Shown here piece by piece: positions 8,446 through 18,913 of a stretch of DNA of 40,000 bases. Made by a program: the position numbers and the translations under genes. Each line of letters begins with the position of its first letter. Position 1 is the first letter of the stretch. The notes under the pieces were generated by a model that was not told the DNA's origin, did no database searches, and saw only the letters and a program-made list of their open reading frames with translations. The stretch is from an uncultured Desulfobacterales bacterium (GTDB taxonomy: Bacteria > Desulfobacterota > Desulfobacteria > Desulfobacterales > 4572-123): assembly GCA_942490765.1 (NCBI GenBank), contig CALNYM010000011.1, positions 36,829 through 76,828 on the forward strand. Direction: 5' to 3'.

Positions 8446-10356
8446 TTAAGATGTTTGTAACACAGATTTCGGTTGATATTTTTTCGGGAGCGGTGTGTTT
8501 TCCTCAAAAGGTATGGCCAGCTTGAAAACACCCTCATCAAGCCGTGAGAAGACCTTTAATTCGCCTTTTTCAAAAATTCGCAACATGGCTTTATTGTGCT
8601 CCAGAATTTCAGCCACAAACCCCTTCAGACCTTTTTTTTTTGCCAGTTTTATCAACATGCGGTACATGTAGGAGGCAATGCCGATGCCATTATAGGCCTC
8701 ATCGATGAAAAAAGCCAGATCGCCGAATTCCGCTTCGTCTATTTTTGCAAAGCGAGCCTCGGCGATGATGGTTTCCTCCTTAGCATCTCCAAGAATGGCA
8801 ACGATAGAGATATCGGTGCTGTAATCAATGTTGACATATGCCTGCATGTCCTGGTGCTTCATGATTGAAATGGGAAAGAAAAACCGGCTTTGGATACCCT
8901 TTTTTGAAAACCGATAAAACAGGTGCCGCATGGCTGCTTCATCCGATGGTTTGGTTGGCCTGAAACGGACTTTCACCCCCCTAAAGAGATGTTCCCCCAT
9001 GATGTCCAATGGGTAAAATCGGCCTATATTTATGGGATAAGCCTGATCCGAAGAAAGTATCCGTTTCTCTTTTGCGACCCGGATCAATGCCTCTCTGTCA
9101 TCTGGATGGGCGATGTCGATAAGGGATAGTGCCCGTTCTTTGAGGGTGCGCCACTTCAGGTTTGCGATGCCATATTCTGTGACAACCGCATCGATGGATT
9201 CTCTCATATGAAATTGATTGCGCAGGTCCCGAAGCATAGCGACAATATTGGGGGTGCCCCTGTTGTTTCTGCTGGGCAGTCCGACAATTGTCCGCCCCCC
9301 CGCAGAAAGTTCGGCGCCGGTAAAAAGGTCGGCAGACTGCCCCGGGCCTGTTACGAGATTACCCTTGCCCATGGAAAAAGAAATACGCCCCAGCAAATCG
9401 ACTTTGTTGGCCTCTTGTATGACAACAAAGTTGGGATTCCGCCCGATCTGTATCGGGTTTAAGACCTGTTCGATGCTCTGGAATTCCACAACCGGATTAC
9501 GGTCCAGCCATTGCAGCAAACGAGGCGTGCCCAGCGCATAAGAGGTCACTGATTTTCCCCGGAACACCTCTTTGCGATAATTGGAAACGGCGCCGCTTTT
9601 TACCAGATCCATGAGTGCATCCGTAAAATACGCTGTATGAATACCCAGATGCTTTTTGGACATCAGGGTCTGGCTCAACGCATCGAACAAGGCGCCTGTA
9701 TGAAAATTGATACAATCGCCGTCCTGTATGATCTGGGCGATATTTGCGGCCACTTTGTTGATGACAGGTTTGACGGGATACCGTTTAAAATAAAGTGGCG
9801 GCACCGTGGCTTCAACAAAAAGGTCAAAATCAGAAATAGAAACAATCGTATCACCCAGTGTAAAGGGGATCTGGGTATTGATTTCCCCGACAACCAGGGA
9901 CGCCCGATGCATGGCCTCCCTCGCAATATCGATGGCAACCCCCATAGAGCAGTATCCCGCACTGTTGGGCGGCGTAATCTGAACGAATGCCACATCGATG
10001 GGAATCCGGTTGGACTTGATCAGTTCCTGTATCTGGGAAATGCGTCCGGGGATTAAGTCAACATTACCCGCAATAACCGCTTCACTGGAAATCCATGTGG
10101 AAAAAAATGTTTTAAGCCGATATTTCTGGTAATCCAGTTTTTTTAATGAAAAAAAATCACTGTGGCTGGACAGCTGAATCAATTCCAGATCATGAAGATT
10201 TGGATAATCAGAGGCAAACAGCTGTTGCGTGAGTGTTCGGGGCTCTGCAACGCCACTTCCCACAAAAATACTCATCCCGGGTTTGATATACGTTAATATT
10301 TCCTCGGGAGGTACCACCCGTTGTCGCCATTGCATGTGATTCTCGTGATCTCCCAT
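8446..10356 (-). CDS. Fusion protein: acetyl-CoA hydrolase/transferase-family domain plus C-terminal GNAT acetyltransferase domain
   Basis: 636 aa. The N-terminal ~450 aa resemble the acetyl-CoA hydrolase/CoA-transferase family (GSGVAEPRTL...). The C-terminal ~150 aa have GNAT features (YNGIGIASYMYRMLIKLAKKKG). Family assignment is by eye only. Confidence 0.65.
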   Translation of the reverse strand: MGDHENHMQWRQRVVPPEEILTYIKPGMSIFVGSGVAEPRTLTQQLFASDYPNLHDLELIQLSSHSDFFSLKKLDYQKYRLKTFFSTWISSEAVIAGNVDLIPGRISQIQELIKSNRIPIDVAFVQITPPNSAGYCSMGVAIDIAREAMHRASLVVGEINTQIPFTLGDTIVSISDFDLFVEATVPPLYFKRYPVKPVINKVAANIAQIIQDGDCINFHTGALFDALSQTLMSKKHLGIHTAYFTDALMDLVKSGAVSNYRKEVFRGKSVTSYALGTPRLLQWLDRNPVVEFQSIEQVLNPIQIGRNPNFVVIQEANKVDLLGRISFSMGKGNLVTGPGQSADLFTGAELSAGGRTIVGLPSRNNRGTPNIVAMLRDLRNQFHMRESIDAVVTEYGIANLKWRTLKERALSLIDIAHPDDREALIRVAKEKRILSSDQAYPINIGRFYPLDIMGEHLFRGVKVRFRPTKPSDEAAMRHLFYRFSKKGIQSRFFFPISIMKHQDMQAYVNIDYSTDISIVAILGDAKEETIIAEARFAKIDEAEFGDLAFFIDEAYNGIGIASYMYRMLIKLAKKKGLKGFVAEILEHNKAMLRIFEKGELKVFSRLDEGVFKLAIPFEENTPLPKKYQPKSVLQTS

Positions 10357-10597
10357 GGGGCCTTCATCCGGATTTAGTATGGGTCTAAACAGTTGCTTTC
10401 TTGCCCATTACGCAAAACTCAGCATACACAACTTTCATGTAAAAAAGGATAGGGCCTTGACCATCGCCTGGGCCACATTCGCAAAAAGACTGACGCATGA
10501 ACGCCTGCGGAACGAAGGTCTTCGGTCGAAACGATGATCAGGGCCCGGAATCAACAACGTATCAACACCTTTTGATTTGTATGAAGAACGCCGAGGT

Positions 10598-12187
10598 TTA
10601 TTTGAACCACCATCTTTCGGCGTTGTGTTGCCCATCCGCTTCCATGTGGCCTGAAATGGTGTCGTGGCCGACCTTGTCGGACAGTGCCTCGACGATCTGG
10701 GCGAACATGGGAATGATGGTCCCGCCTTCATCTTTGCAGATCTCCTGCATATCCGCATACATCTGTGCCCGCTTTTTCTCGTCGAGTTCCGCCTTGGCTT
10801 CTACGAGCAGTTTGGTGAATTTTTCATTATCCCAGTGCGCATCGTTCCAGGGTGCGCCGGAGGCATATGCCACGGAAAACATCATGTCTTCGGTGGGACG
10901 TCCACTCCAGTAGCACATACAGAACTCTTTCTTTGTCCAGACGTTGCTCCAGTAGCCGTCGGCCGGTTCCCGCACCACATTGACGGTGATGCCTGCTTTT
11001 TTAGCATGCTCCTGAAACAGGATGGCGGCATCGTCAGCACCTGAAAAAGCAGCCTCGGAACTGTGCAGGTTAAATGTGTGGTTCTCCATGCCGGCCTTTT
11101 TCATGTAGAAGCGGGCCTTGTCCGGATCGTAGTGCCGTTGCTTAAGGTTTTTGGCATGATAGCGGTTGATGGGTGCAATGGGGTGATCGTTTCCAACCTC
11201 GCCGTAGCCATTCAGGATTCGTTTCACCATATCATCGCGATCTACGGCATACTTGAGACCCAGACGGACATTATTATCGTCATACGGTTTCATCTTGGTG
11301 TGCATGGGCATGGTGTAGTGAAAGGTAGCGGTCACTGCGTTGATTTCAATGCCCTTTGACCGTTTCAGGAGATGGATGGTTTTCCGTTCACAGCGGTCCA
11401 TGAAGTGAATCTGCCCTGTCTTGACGGCGCTGGTTCTGGCATTGACATCGTTGATGGCAAGGGTTTCTATCTTGTCGAAATGAGCCCGACCCGCTTTCCA
11501 GTAGTTTGGGTTTCGTCTGGTGATGGCGGTGACACCCGGTTCCCATTTCTCAAGTATATACCCCCCCGTACCGATCCCTTTTTCAAAGTCCATTCCCTTT
11601 GTGCCGGCCTTGAACACGGATAGATGGTAATCACCCATGATGAACGGAAAATCGGCAAAGCCGGTGTCAAGTTCAAAAATCACGCGATGTTTGCCATCGG
11701 CCTTGATGTTTGTGACCGGTTTCAGATATTCTTTGGCAGCAGACTTGGAGTCCTCTCCCCGATGGTGGTTCATGGTATAGATCACATCTTCTGCATCCAG
11801 AGACTTTCCGTCGTGAAACTCCACGCCCTTGCGCAGGTTGAAGATCCATTTTTTGGCATCCGGCGAGGATTCCCAGCTTTCGGCCAGCTCCGGAATGGGC
11901 TGAAGGTTGTGGTCGATCTCCGTCAGGCAGTTTCTCAGTTGCCATTCCACATTGATGTTCCAGCTGGATGTGTGGGTGGCCGGATCCAGTGTGTCGCTTG
12001 TGGATCCGCCGGTCTGCGCCTGTATAAAATGTCCCCCTTTTTTGGGCACTGCCGCCGCTGCCCTGCGCGGCAGCAAGGCCGGGGATATCGCCACTGTCAA
12101 CCCCAGGGCCGCCGCCTGGGACAAGAATTGCCTCCTGCTGATTTTGCCTTCCACAAACAGTTTTTCCAGAAAATTTAATGTGCTCAT
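10598..12187 (-). CDS. ABC transporter substrate-binding protein, family 5 (DppA/OppA-like) with a twin-arginine signal peptide
   Basis: 529 aa. The Tat motif is SRRQFLSQAAALGLTVA...AAA. AGGAGG lies 6 nt upstream of ATG 12187. Confidence 0.85.
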   Translation of the reverse strand: MSTLNFLEKLFVEGKISRRQFLSQAAALGLTVAISPALLPRRAAAAVPKKGGHFIQAQTGGSTSDTLDPATHTSSWNINVEWQLRNCLTEIDHNLQPIPELAESWESSPDAKKWIFNLRKGVEFHDGKSLDAEDVIYTMNHHRGEDSKSAAKEYLKPVTNIKADGKHRVIFELDTGFADFPFIMGDYHLSVFKAGTKGMDFEKGIGTGGYILEKWEPGVTAITRRNPNYWKAGRAHFDKIETLAINDVNARTSAVKTGQIHFMDRCERKTIHLLKRSKGIEINAVTATFHYTMPMHTKMKPYDDNNVRLGLKYAVDRDDMVKRILNGYGEVGNDHPIAPINRYHAKNLKQRHYDPDKARFYMKKAGMENHTFNLHSSEAAFSGADDAAILFQEHAKKAGITVNVVREPADGYWSNVWTKKEFCMCYWSGRPTEDMMFSVAYASGAPWNDAHWDNEKFTKLLVEAKAELDEKKRAQMYADMQEICKDEGGTIIPMFAQIVEALSDKVGHDTISGHMEADGQHNAERWWFK

Positions 12188-12519
12188 TGGTTCCTCCTCT
12201 ACTTTTTAGGTTTAACGTTCAATGTGAAATCAACTTGCCGGTTTTTAAAAAAACGCAATTTTGAGTTGTTGATTACTTTTAGCAACATCAGATTTGAATT
12301 GATGGTTTTAGCTCAACTTCTATGGGGCCATAAGATTTTGAATTAATGTCAGATAGTATACAATAGGTTCGATCAAAAGTATATAAATTTTTTATTTAAT
12401 ATAAAATCAATAGCTTGTATCGAAAAGAAGAACTTTCCATTTTTTCGAAAGGCCCTGGCCCGCCGGCGCATCATGGGCGACTGTGGGGCCCTGGCCAGAA
12501 CAGCAAGGAACCAGCCTGT

Positions 12520-13971
12520 CTAATCCACGAGCAGGCTCAGTTTCTTCAGGATCGGATCAAAGTGCTGGTTGACGTGTTTATAGACAGTATCATTGATCCG
12601 GTTATAAAATGCCGTGTTTTCAAGATTCGGGATGAATTCATCATCTTTTCGAACCATCCTTTCCATGGCTTCAGAATAGGAATCAAACGCACCGACAGCC
12701 ATGCCCGCATTGATGACACAGCCGATGGCGGCGGACCCTTTGACCTGATTTCGACTGGTCGGGACACCGAAAATGTCGGCGAAAATCTGCATGAACAGTT
12801 TACTGTTGGCCCCGCCGCCCGAAATGACAAGGCGTCGGACAGGCTCATCCAGGGCCCGACTCATTTTATCCATGTGGTTTTTTACGGTAAACGCGATGCC
12901 TTCCAGAATGGACCGATAGATATGGGCCCGGGTATGGCGCCCGTCAAATCCAAACATCACGCCTTTGCGATACACCGCTTCTACAGGGGGGGCCCAGTCA
13001 TGAACCGTCAACAGGCCTTCGCATCCGGCCGGGACTTTTTCCGCCTCCCGTTCGAACAATTCTTCAATGGTGACGCCCTGTTTCCCGGCTTCATCAACGA
13101 TTTTTTCGCCGAATTGATCACAAAACCAGCTGATGGTCCACATGCCGCGTCGAACGCCAACGCATTCATACAGGTACTGTCCGGGAACAGAAGCCTGAAA
13201 CGACCAGAAGCCTTTTGGGTCTTTGATATGTTCTCGGCCGTTCATCAGCGCGCCGATATAGGTCCCCAGGGAAACAAGTCCGGTGCCCGGCTCAAGGGCT
13301 CCGGCGCCTAACGCTTCCACAGCCTTGTCATGGGCCGTGGCCACAACCGGCAACCCTGGCGGAATGCCGATCATCTTTGCCGCTTCAGTGGTCAGGTACC
13401 CGAGTATCTCCCCGGGTTTCACACAATCGAACAGCATTTCTCGCGGCACATTGCACTGTTTGAACAGGGCGTCGTTATCCGTCCAGGTCAACGTGCAGTC
13501 ATCCATGGGCCACCATCCGATATAATTGGCACAGGTATCTTTGAATTCACCTGTCAGACGGTGGGTGATATATCCCGACGTTGTTGTCACGTACCGGACA
13601 TCGCCATAGGCAGGATGGTATTCGTATGGCGTATTGAGACGTTTGTCCATCCAGTCGATCACCGGATAGGCCAGTTCCCCATTTTCCTTGAGCAATACCC
13701 GGCAGCAACGGATGACGCATACCCCCATGGCCAGAATATCATTACCCTTTCCGCCGGCATCTCCCTTGAATTTTGCCATCACGCGATGAAAGGCGATTTT
13801 AAGGGAATCCCAGAGATCGTCGTCCGGATGTTCCGCCAGCTGGGGTGCCGGTATATTCATTTTGCGTAAAGCCTGCCTGCCTTCGCAGACAATATTGCCA
13901 TACAGATCTGTTATGATCACCTTGGCGCTCTGGGTGCCGACATCCACCCCCATCAGATACTTATTGGTCAT
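12520..13971 (-). CDS. FGGY-family carbohydrate/polyol kinase
   Basis: 483 aa. N-terminal MGVDVGTQSAKV and C-terminal GGGANSKLFMQIFADIFG motifs are present. The start overlaps the upstream stop (ATGA). The gene ends in TAG. Confidence 0.85.
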   Translation of the reverse strand: MTNKYLMGVDVGTQSAKVIITDLYGNIVCEGRQALRKMNIPAPQLAEHPDDDLWDSLKIAFHRVMAKFKGDAGGKGNDILAMGVCVIRCCRVLLKENGELAYPVIDWMDKRLNTPYEYHPAYGDVRYVTTTSGYITHRLTGEFKDTCANYIGWWPMDDCTLTWTDNDALFKQCNVPREMLFDCVKPGEILGYLTTEAAKMIGIPPGLPVVATAHDKAVEALGAGALEPGTGLVSLGTYIGALMNGREHIKDPKGFWSFQASVPGQYLYECVGVRRGMWTISWFCDQFGEKIVDEAGKQGVTIEELFEREAEKVPAGCEGLLTVHDWAPPVEAVYRKGVMFGFDGRHTRAHIYRSILEGIAFTVKNHMDKMSRALDEPVRRLVISGGGANSKLFMQIFADIFGVPTSRNQVKGSAAIGCVINAGMAVGAFDSYSEAMERMVRKDDEFIPNLENTAFYNRINDTVYKHVNQHFDPILKKLSLLVD

Positions 13972-15575
13972 GTTCGGTTTCCGGTGTCAGGGTTTTTGTT
14001 TATTTCCAAGGAATCCGGCATATTCCCCGGATTCCATAATTCCTGAGGATCAAGCTGCCGCTTCAGGCAGCGGATAAGTTTCAAACGGTTGGGCAACGGC
14101 ATGGATCGAAACAGGCCTTTCCTGATTTTGCCGGCCCCGTGTTCTGTAACGACACTGCCTCCCAGGGCATCGATCCGTCTGGCCCAGTTTTCAACAAGTC
14201 GTTGTCCCCGATCAAATTCCCCGTAATCCCGTGGCAGTATATTGACATGCAGGTGTCCATCGGCCGCATGGCCGAAAATGGCGGCCTTGAGTCCGGATGC
14301 CGCTAAATCGGTTTGATACAGGGCTATCAGTTCAGACAGGGAGGTGCCTGCAAGGCGCATGTCCGTTCCGAGTTTGGTTATCCGGGAATCGGTCTGTCTT
14401 GCCGTGTCGATGAGTCGATTGACCGCTTCCGGAGCGCCACGGCGGAACAGGCGCAGCCGCTCGGTCTCCATCTTACCGCAAGCGGCCCAGGTTGCGGCGG
14501 GATCGCAGCCGGATTCGGCGGCCGTTTCCATCAGCCATTCACACAGGGGATCGATCTCCTCAGCGCTGTTGCCGTGGATTTCCATATACACGGCGGTGGT
14601 AACGCTGTGCTGCCAATCCGGCAGGTCTTTCAAACGGGTGTTTACCTGCTTGAATTCCCGGATACTCTCAAGTGTGGTGTGATCCATTAACTCAATGGCC
14701 ACGATGCGGGTGGCGGATTGGGTTTTCGGCCGTTGATTGACGGATTCAACAAACGTTACGGCCCCGGACTGATCGTTGAAAAAAAAGACGATGCCCCACA
14801 GCTCGCTGGGAAGTGGCTTCAGGGCTAACGTCAGCTCGGTGATAACGCCAAGCATGCCCTGACTTCCCAGATACAGATCTAATAGATCCACTGTTGAACC
14901 GGGATCAAGGTCTGTCGGATCCAGAGGCAGTGTGCCGCCCCCCGGCAACGGGCACAGGCCGTCTGAAACAACATACTCACCCCTTGCAATCGAATGGCCG
15001 TGTCCTTTGCCATCAACAACCCGTATGCTTTTTATATGGTCACCGGCCGGCCCGTAATGGTGTGCGCAGATGCCCCTGCTGTTGCTGGCGGCAATGCCGC
15101 CGACAGATGCCGACGATTCGGATGGATCGGGAGGCCAGAACAGCCGGCCCGCCTCCCTGAAAGCCCTAAACGCGGTGAGTGCCTGTATGTCCCAGTCCGC
15201 CGTATCAAACCGGCGGTTTTCAAGCCGGCAATCAAGTTCCGAAAGAAGGATTCCCGGCTCAACCCGTATGGAAACGTTGCCGTCCTGATCCTGTTCCATG
15301 CCCGTTACCCGGGTCATTTTAGACAGATTCATGATATGGCCCCCGGCAGGTACGGCGCCACCCGTGATCCCGGTTCGGCTGCCCTGGACAGTGATCGGGA
15401 TTTGCCGCTCAAACAGGGCGCTGACAATCTCCCGGACCTGGGCTTCGCTCCGGGGAAAGGAGATGCTTTCAGCGTTGCCGGAGGTTCTGGACTCATCTGT
15501 CAGATACTCATTGTAAAGGGCCTCCAACGGTAGGATTAACTTGTCAGATTGGTCTGTCGGCATTGTCTCTTTCAT
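13968..15575 (-). CDS. FAD-binding oxidoreductase (GlcD / D-lactate dehydrogenase-like, FAD_binding_4 family)
   Basis: 535 aa with an FAD-binding PCMH-type N-domain (ITVQGSRTGITGGAVP...). It has ATGA overlaps with both neighbouring genes. Confidence 0.8.
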   Translation of the reverse strand: MKETMPTDQSDKLILPLEALYNEYLTDESRTSGNAESISFPRSEAQVREIVSALFERQIPITVQGSRTGITGGAVPAGGHIMNLSKMTRVTGMEQDQDGNVSIRVEPGILLSELDCRLENRRFDTADWDIQALTAFRAFREAGRLFWPPDPSESSASVGGIAASNSRGICAHHYGPAGDHIKSIRVVDGKGHGHSIARGEYVVSDGLCPLPGGGTLPLDPTDLDPGSTVDLLDLYLGSQGMLGVITELTLALKPLPSELWGIVFFFNDQSGAVTFVESVNQRPKTQSATRIVAIELMDHTTLESIREFKQVNTRLKDLPDWQHSVTTAVYMEIHGNSAEEIDPLCEWLMETAAESGCDPAATWAACGKMETERLRLFRRGAPEAVNRLIDTARQTDSRITKLGTDMRLAGTSLSELIALYQTDLAASGLKAAIFGHAADGHLHVNILPRDYGEFDRGQRLVENWARRIDALGGSVVTEHGAGKIRKGLFRSMPLPNRLKLIRCLKRQLDPQELWNPGNMPDSLEINKNPDTGNRT

Positions 15576-16579
15576 CCATCCGTTCCGGATCCAGGGTGGG
15601 TGGGAAGGGTCTTGCCGGTTTTTTCCGCCAGGATGACCTTTTCCAGTTCCATGAGGATCGGCAGCATCTCCCCGACAAGGCCGACATGGGCAATCTGAAA
15701 GATCGGGGCTTTGGGGTCTGTATTGATGGCCACGATAAAGTCACTGGCGCTGATTCCGGCAGTGAAAACAGCGCTGCCGGAAACACCGGCTATAATACAG
15801 AGCCTTGGTGACAGGATCAAGCCGGAAGCACCGATCAGGCGGTTCATGTCGGTCCAGGCGTTCATCACCACCGGACGGCTGGCGCCCAACCCAGCTCCGA
15901 TACGGGCGGCAATCCCTTTGATACGTTCCACGGTTGCTTTATCGCTTGCCCCCTGACCCACGACAATCACCAGATCCGCATCTGCCAGACCGGTATTGGA
16001 TTGGTCCGGAATGGTCACGGTTGTCTTCAGCCAATCGCATTGCGCCTCGTTCAGTGTGATGATTTCCGTGTGGTGATCTTGCAGCGGGACCATTCGCATC
16101 GGCCGGCACGGCTGTTTTGCCATTGCCAGACAATAGGGGGGCTGGGTCAGTATAAATGTCGCTCTTAAATTGTTTCCATACACCGGTTTTGTGACCTTGA
16201 CCGTATCACGTGCCGGACAATAGGATAGGGTCTGAAGACAGGCGCTTCCGTTGAGCCGATGGGCCAGACGCGTGGCCAGTTCCTGGCCCAGTCCACCACT
16301 GGGAAACAGGATCAGGTCCATGGGAAAGCGGTCTGTTAATTGTAACAGTAATTGCAGATACGATTCGGGTAAAGGGGCATCATGCTTGACGGCCACCAGC
16401 TTGACGGCTGACAGTGAACAGTCTAACTCGGGAAGAGATACGGGCGGTGGCCCCTTGTAAAAGAGCCACAGGGCCACACTGTGAAAACGGGGGGCACTGT
16501 CCTTGAGGCGTGCATTGATATCACCGGTCTGCTGCTGTATGGAGGCACTGTCCAGGAACATCACAATGGCGGCTTTCAT
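15572..16579 (-). CDS. etfA: Electron transfer flavoprotein alpha subunit (EtfA/FixB-like)
   Basis: 335 aa. The C-terminal ETF-alpha FAD-binding signature region is PRLCIIAGVSGSAVFTAGISASDFIVAINTDPKAPIFQIAHVGLVGE. Confidence 0.75.
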   Translation of the reverse strand: MKAAIVMFLDSASIQQQTGDINARLKDSAPRFHSVALWLFYKGPPPVSLPELDCSLSAVKLVAVKHDAPLPESYLQLLLQLTDRFPMDLILFPSGGLGQELATRLAHRLNGSACLQTLSYCPARDTVKVTKPVYGNNLRATFILTQPPYCLAMAKQPCRPMRMVPLQDHHTEIITLNEAQCDWLKTTVTIPDQSNTGLADADLVIVVGQGASDKATVERIKGIAARIGAGLGASRPVVMNAWTDMNRLIGASGLILSPRLCIIAGVSGSAVFTAGISASDFIVAINTDPKAPIFQIAHVGLVGEMLPILMELEKVILAEKTGKTLPTHPGSGTDG

Positions 16580-17400
16580 CGGTTCAACCTGTTTTTAAGA
16601 TAGTGATCATAGAGGTGCCGGACCATCTGATGGGGGTTCTGGCCGTCGATAAAAACACAGGCCTGTTTTGTCTTGGGGCGCTCGAGATCCACAAGGGTTT
16701 TCCCTTTTGGGCGTATGCTGTTGTCGCCGACGGTCAGGTCCCTGCCTGGCACGATGGTTACCTGCCTTTTTTTCGCAGCCAGTTTCTGTTTCAGTGTGGG
16801 AAGGCGCAGACAGGGTGCGTCCAGGGACTGGCCGATGGTCAGCACCAGCGGCAGCCTGACGGTTTGCACCAGAACCGCGCCGTCAATCCGGCTCTCTACT
16901 GTCAACCGGTCCGGTTCGTCTGTCCTGATCACCCGGGTCACTTCGCGAATACAGGGCCACCCAAGCTGTTCTGCAATCAACAGCCCGGTCTGCCAGTTGT
17001 CGCCATCCCCGCCCTGGATGCCTGAAAAAACAAGCTCGTGGCCGTTTCGCCGGATATATTCGGCTATCAGAAAGGAGATACCGGATGGATTGAACCTCAG
17101 GTCCAGGTCCGCGCTGCACTGAATTCTTACGGCATGGTCATACCCGATGGCCATCAGGTGCCTGAGGAACAGGTCTCCCTGCGGGTCATCCACGGTCAGG
17201 GCGGTAAGGTCTGCCGTGTCCGGCAGGTGTCCTGATGGCTGTGAGAGGGTGAGCGCCATTTCCAATGCACTTTCGTCAAAGCAGTTGAATATCCGCCTGA
17301 CAAAACCGGTATCGACACAATGACGCTCATCCCAGGTCCAGTCCTTTTCGGACAACCTTGCGTAATCGGCTATGATCTTGAAACAAACGATGATTTTCAT
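16576..17400 (-). CDS. etfB: Electron transfer flavoprotein beta subunit (EtfB/FixA-like), divergent
   Basis: 274 aa. It has the MKIIVCFKIIAD N-terminus typical of ETF-beta and is adjacent to and coupled with etfA. Confidence 0.7.
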   Translation of the reverse strand: MKIIVCFKIIADYARLSEKDWTWDERHCVDTGFVRRIFNCFDESALEMALTLSQPSGHLPDTADLTALTVDDPQGDLFLRHLMAIGYDHAVRIQCSADLDLRFNPSGISFLIAEYIRRNGHELVFSGIQGGDGDNWQTGLLIAEQLGWPCIREVTRVIRTDEPDRLTVESRIDGAVLVQTVRLPLVLTIGQSLDAPCLRLPTLKQKLAAKKRQVTIVPGRDLTVGDNSIRPKGKTLVDLERPKTKQACVFIDGQNPHQMVRHLYDHYLKNRLNR

Positions 17401-18854
17401 TTGTCCATGGGATAGATGGTTCCTGCGTTCATGATGCCGTTGGGATCAAATTGATCCTTTAACCCTTTCAAAATATAATAGGCTGATCCGTGCTCAATTT
17501 TAGTCCAGGGGGTCCGGTATTTGCCGATGCCATGGTGGTGCACCATCGAGCCCCCGACCTTCAGGGTTTCCTCCACAATCAACGCATTTAACGGAATGTG
17601 GTACTTGGTGATCTCTTCCTCCGGTTTGCAGTCTTTGACATCGTAGTCATAGACAAAGTACAGATTGGTACCGGTCTGGTAGCTGTGGGAAGAATGTCCG
17701 CCCAGCATGGTCAGATCGTCCGCATGGGGGAAATCCGACCGGATCCGTTGGATGGCGTTTTCATAGATGGTGTTGATCGTATCCCAGTTGCCCGAGACTT
17801 CCGTGGTGAACCCGATGTGATGGTTTTTGCGGATGAGTTCACGTTCTTCGGCAATTTTATCCGGTCCCCAGCACAGATGGTTGAACCAGTTCTCGACAAT
17901 TCGACTGTCAATGCGCCGGCATTCCGCGTAGTTGTCGACAATCTCTTCGATTCCCCGGGCCGTGGCCTCGGCCAGGTGTTTATTGCCCTCTGCCAGGAAC
18001 ATCAGAACGCACTGGTCGGGTGCAAACTGATCGAAACTGTGCTGGGTGCCGTCTTCCGCATCGTAAAGGCGCGCCATCGAAGGGCGATACCCATGGACCA
18101 TGACTTCCCGCAGGATCTCAAACCCTTTTTCCATGGAATCCAGCCGCCAGGCCAGGAACTGGTTGTTTTCCGGGAAATACTTGAAAATTTTAACGGTGAC
18201 TTCGGTAATAAAGCACAGTGCCCCTTCATTGCCGATGATCACGTGGCGGATATCCGGGCCGCATGAACGGCGGGGAACGTTTTTAATCCGGGTGATCTCA
18301 CCGTTGGGGAACACGGCTTCCAGTCCGACGACCATATCTTCGATGGCGCCATAGAGGGTGGAAAACTGCCCGATGCTGCGGGTGGCCACCAGGCCGCCCA
18401 TATGGGCCAACGGTTTTGACTGGGGAGAATGGCCGGTGGTATACCCCTGTTCCCGGAGCCGGTCTTCCAGATCACCTAAAACCACACCGCACTGGGTCGT
18501 TGCCAACATATTGGTGGGATCGATCTTGATGATCTGGTTCATCTGTGACCCGTCAAGCACCACGGAATTTTCAACGATGGTTTCCAGGCCCCCCTCCGTG
18601 GCGGTGCCCCCGGTGCGGGCCACGGAATTGATTTGATTCTGGTTCAGGAAGGTCAACACATCTGCGACCTGCTTCGCGTCTGCCAGCTTGACCACGGCCG
18701 CAGGGATCGGGGTGGTATAAACACCGAATATTGTTTCGTATTTTTTATACCGATCATGGCTGTTTTCCTCTAGCACCCTGGCATCGGTGATCACGCGCTG
18801 CTCACCGACAATGGTTTTGAGCTGATCGACAATCGCTTCACGGGTCAATGTCAT
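17397..18854 (-). CDS. FAD-linked oxidase resembling the alkyl-DHAP-synthase-like branch of the GlcD superfamily
   Basis: 485 aa. GHSPQSKPLAHMGGLVATRSIGQFSTLYGAIEDMVVGLEAVFPNGE resembles the AGPS-type motif GH.P.S....GG.v.TR..G....YG.IED.V. Confidence 0.8.
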   Translation of the reverse strand: MTLTREAIVDQLKTIVGEQRVITDARVLEENSHDRYKKYETIFGVYTTPIPAAVVKLADAKQVADVLTFLNQNQINSVARTGGTATEGGLETIVENSVVLDGSQMNQIIKIDPTNMLATTQCGVVLGDLEDRLREQGYTTGHSPQSKPLAHMGGLVATRSIGQFSTLYGAIEDMVVGLEAVFPNGEITRIKNVPRRSCGPDIRHVIIGNEGALCFITEVTVKIFKYFPENNQFLAWRLDSMEKGFEILREVMVHGYRPSMARLYDAEDGTQHSFDQFAPDQCVLMFLAEGNKHLAEATARGIEEIVDNYAECRRIDSRIVENWFNHLCWGPDKIAEERELIRKNHHIGFTTEVSGNWDTINTIYENAIQRIRSDFPHADDLTMLGGHSSHSYQTGTNLYFVYDYDVKDCKPEEEITKYHIPLNALIVEETLKVGGSMVHHHGIGKYRTPWTKIEHGSAYYILKGLKDQFDPNGIMNAGTIYPMDK

Positions 18855-18913
18855 GATAAATCCTTTTTTACGTATGATTGGTAAATAAACCTGTTTTTAT
18901 CCGTTCATTCTTT

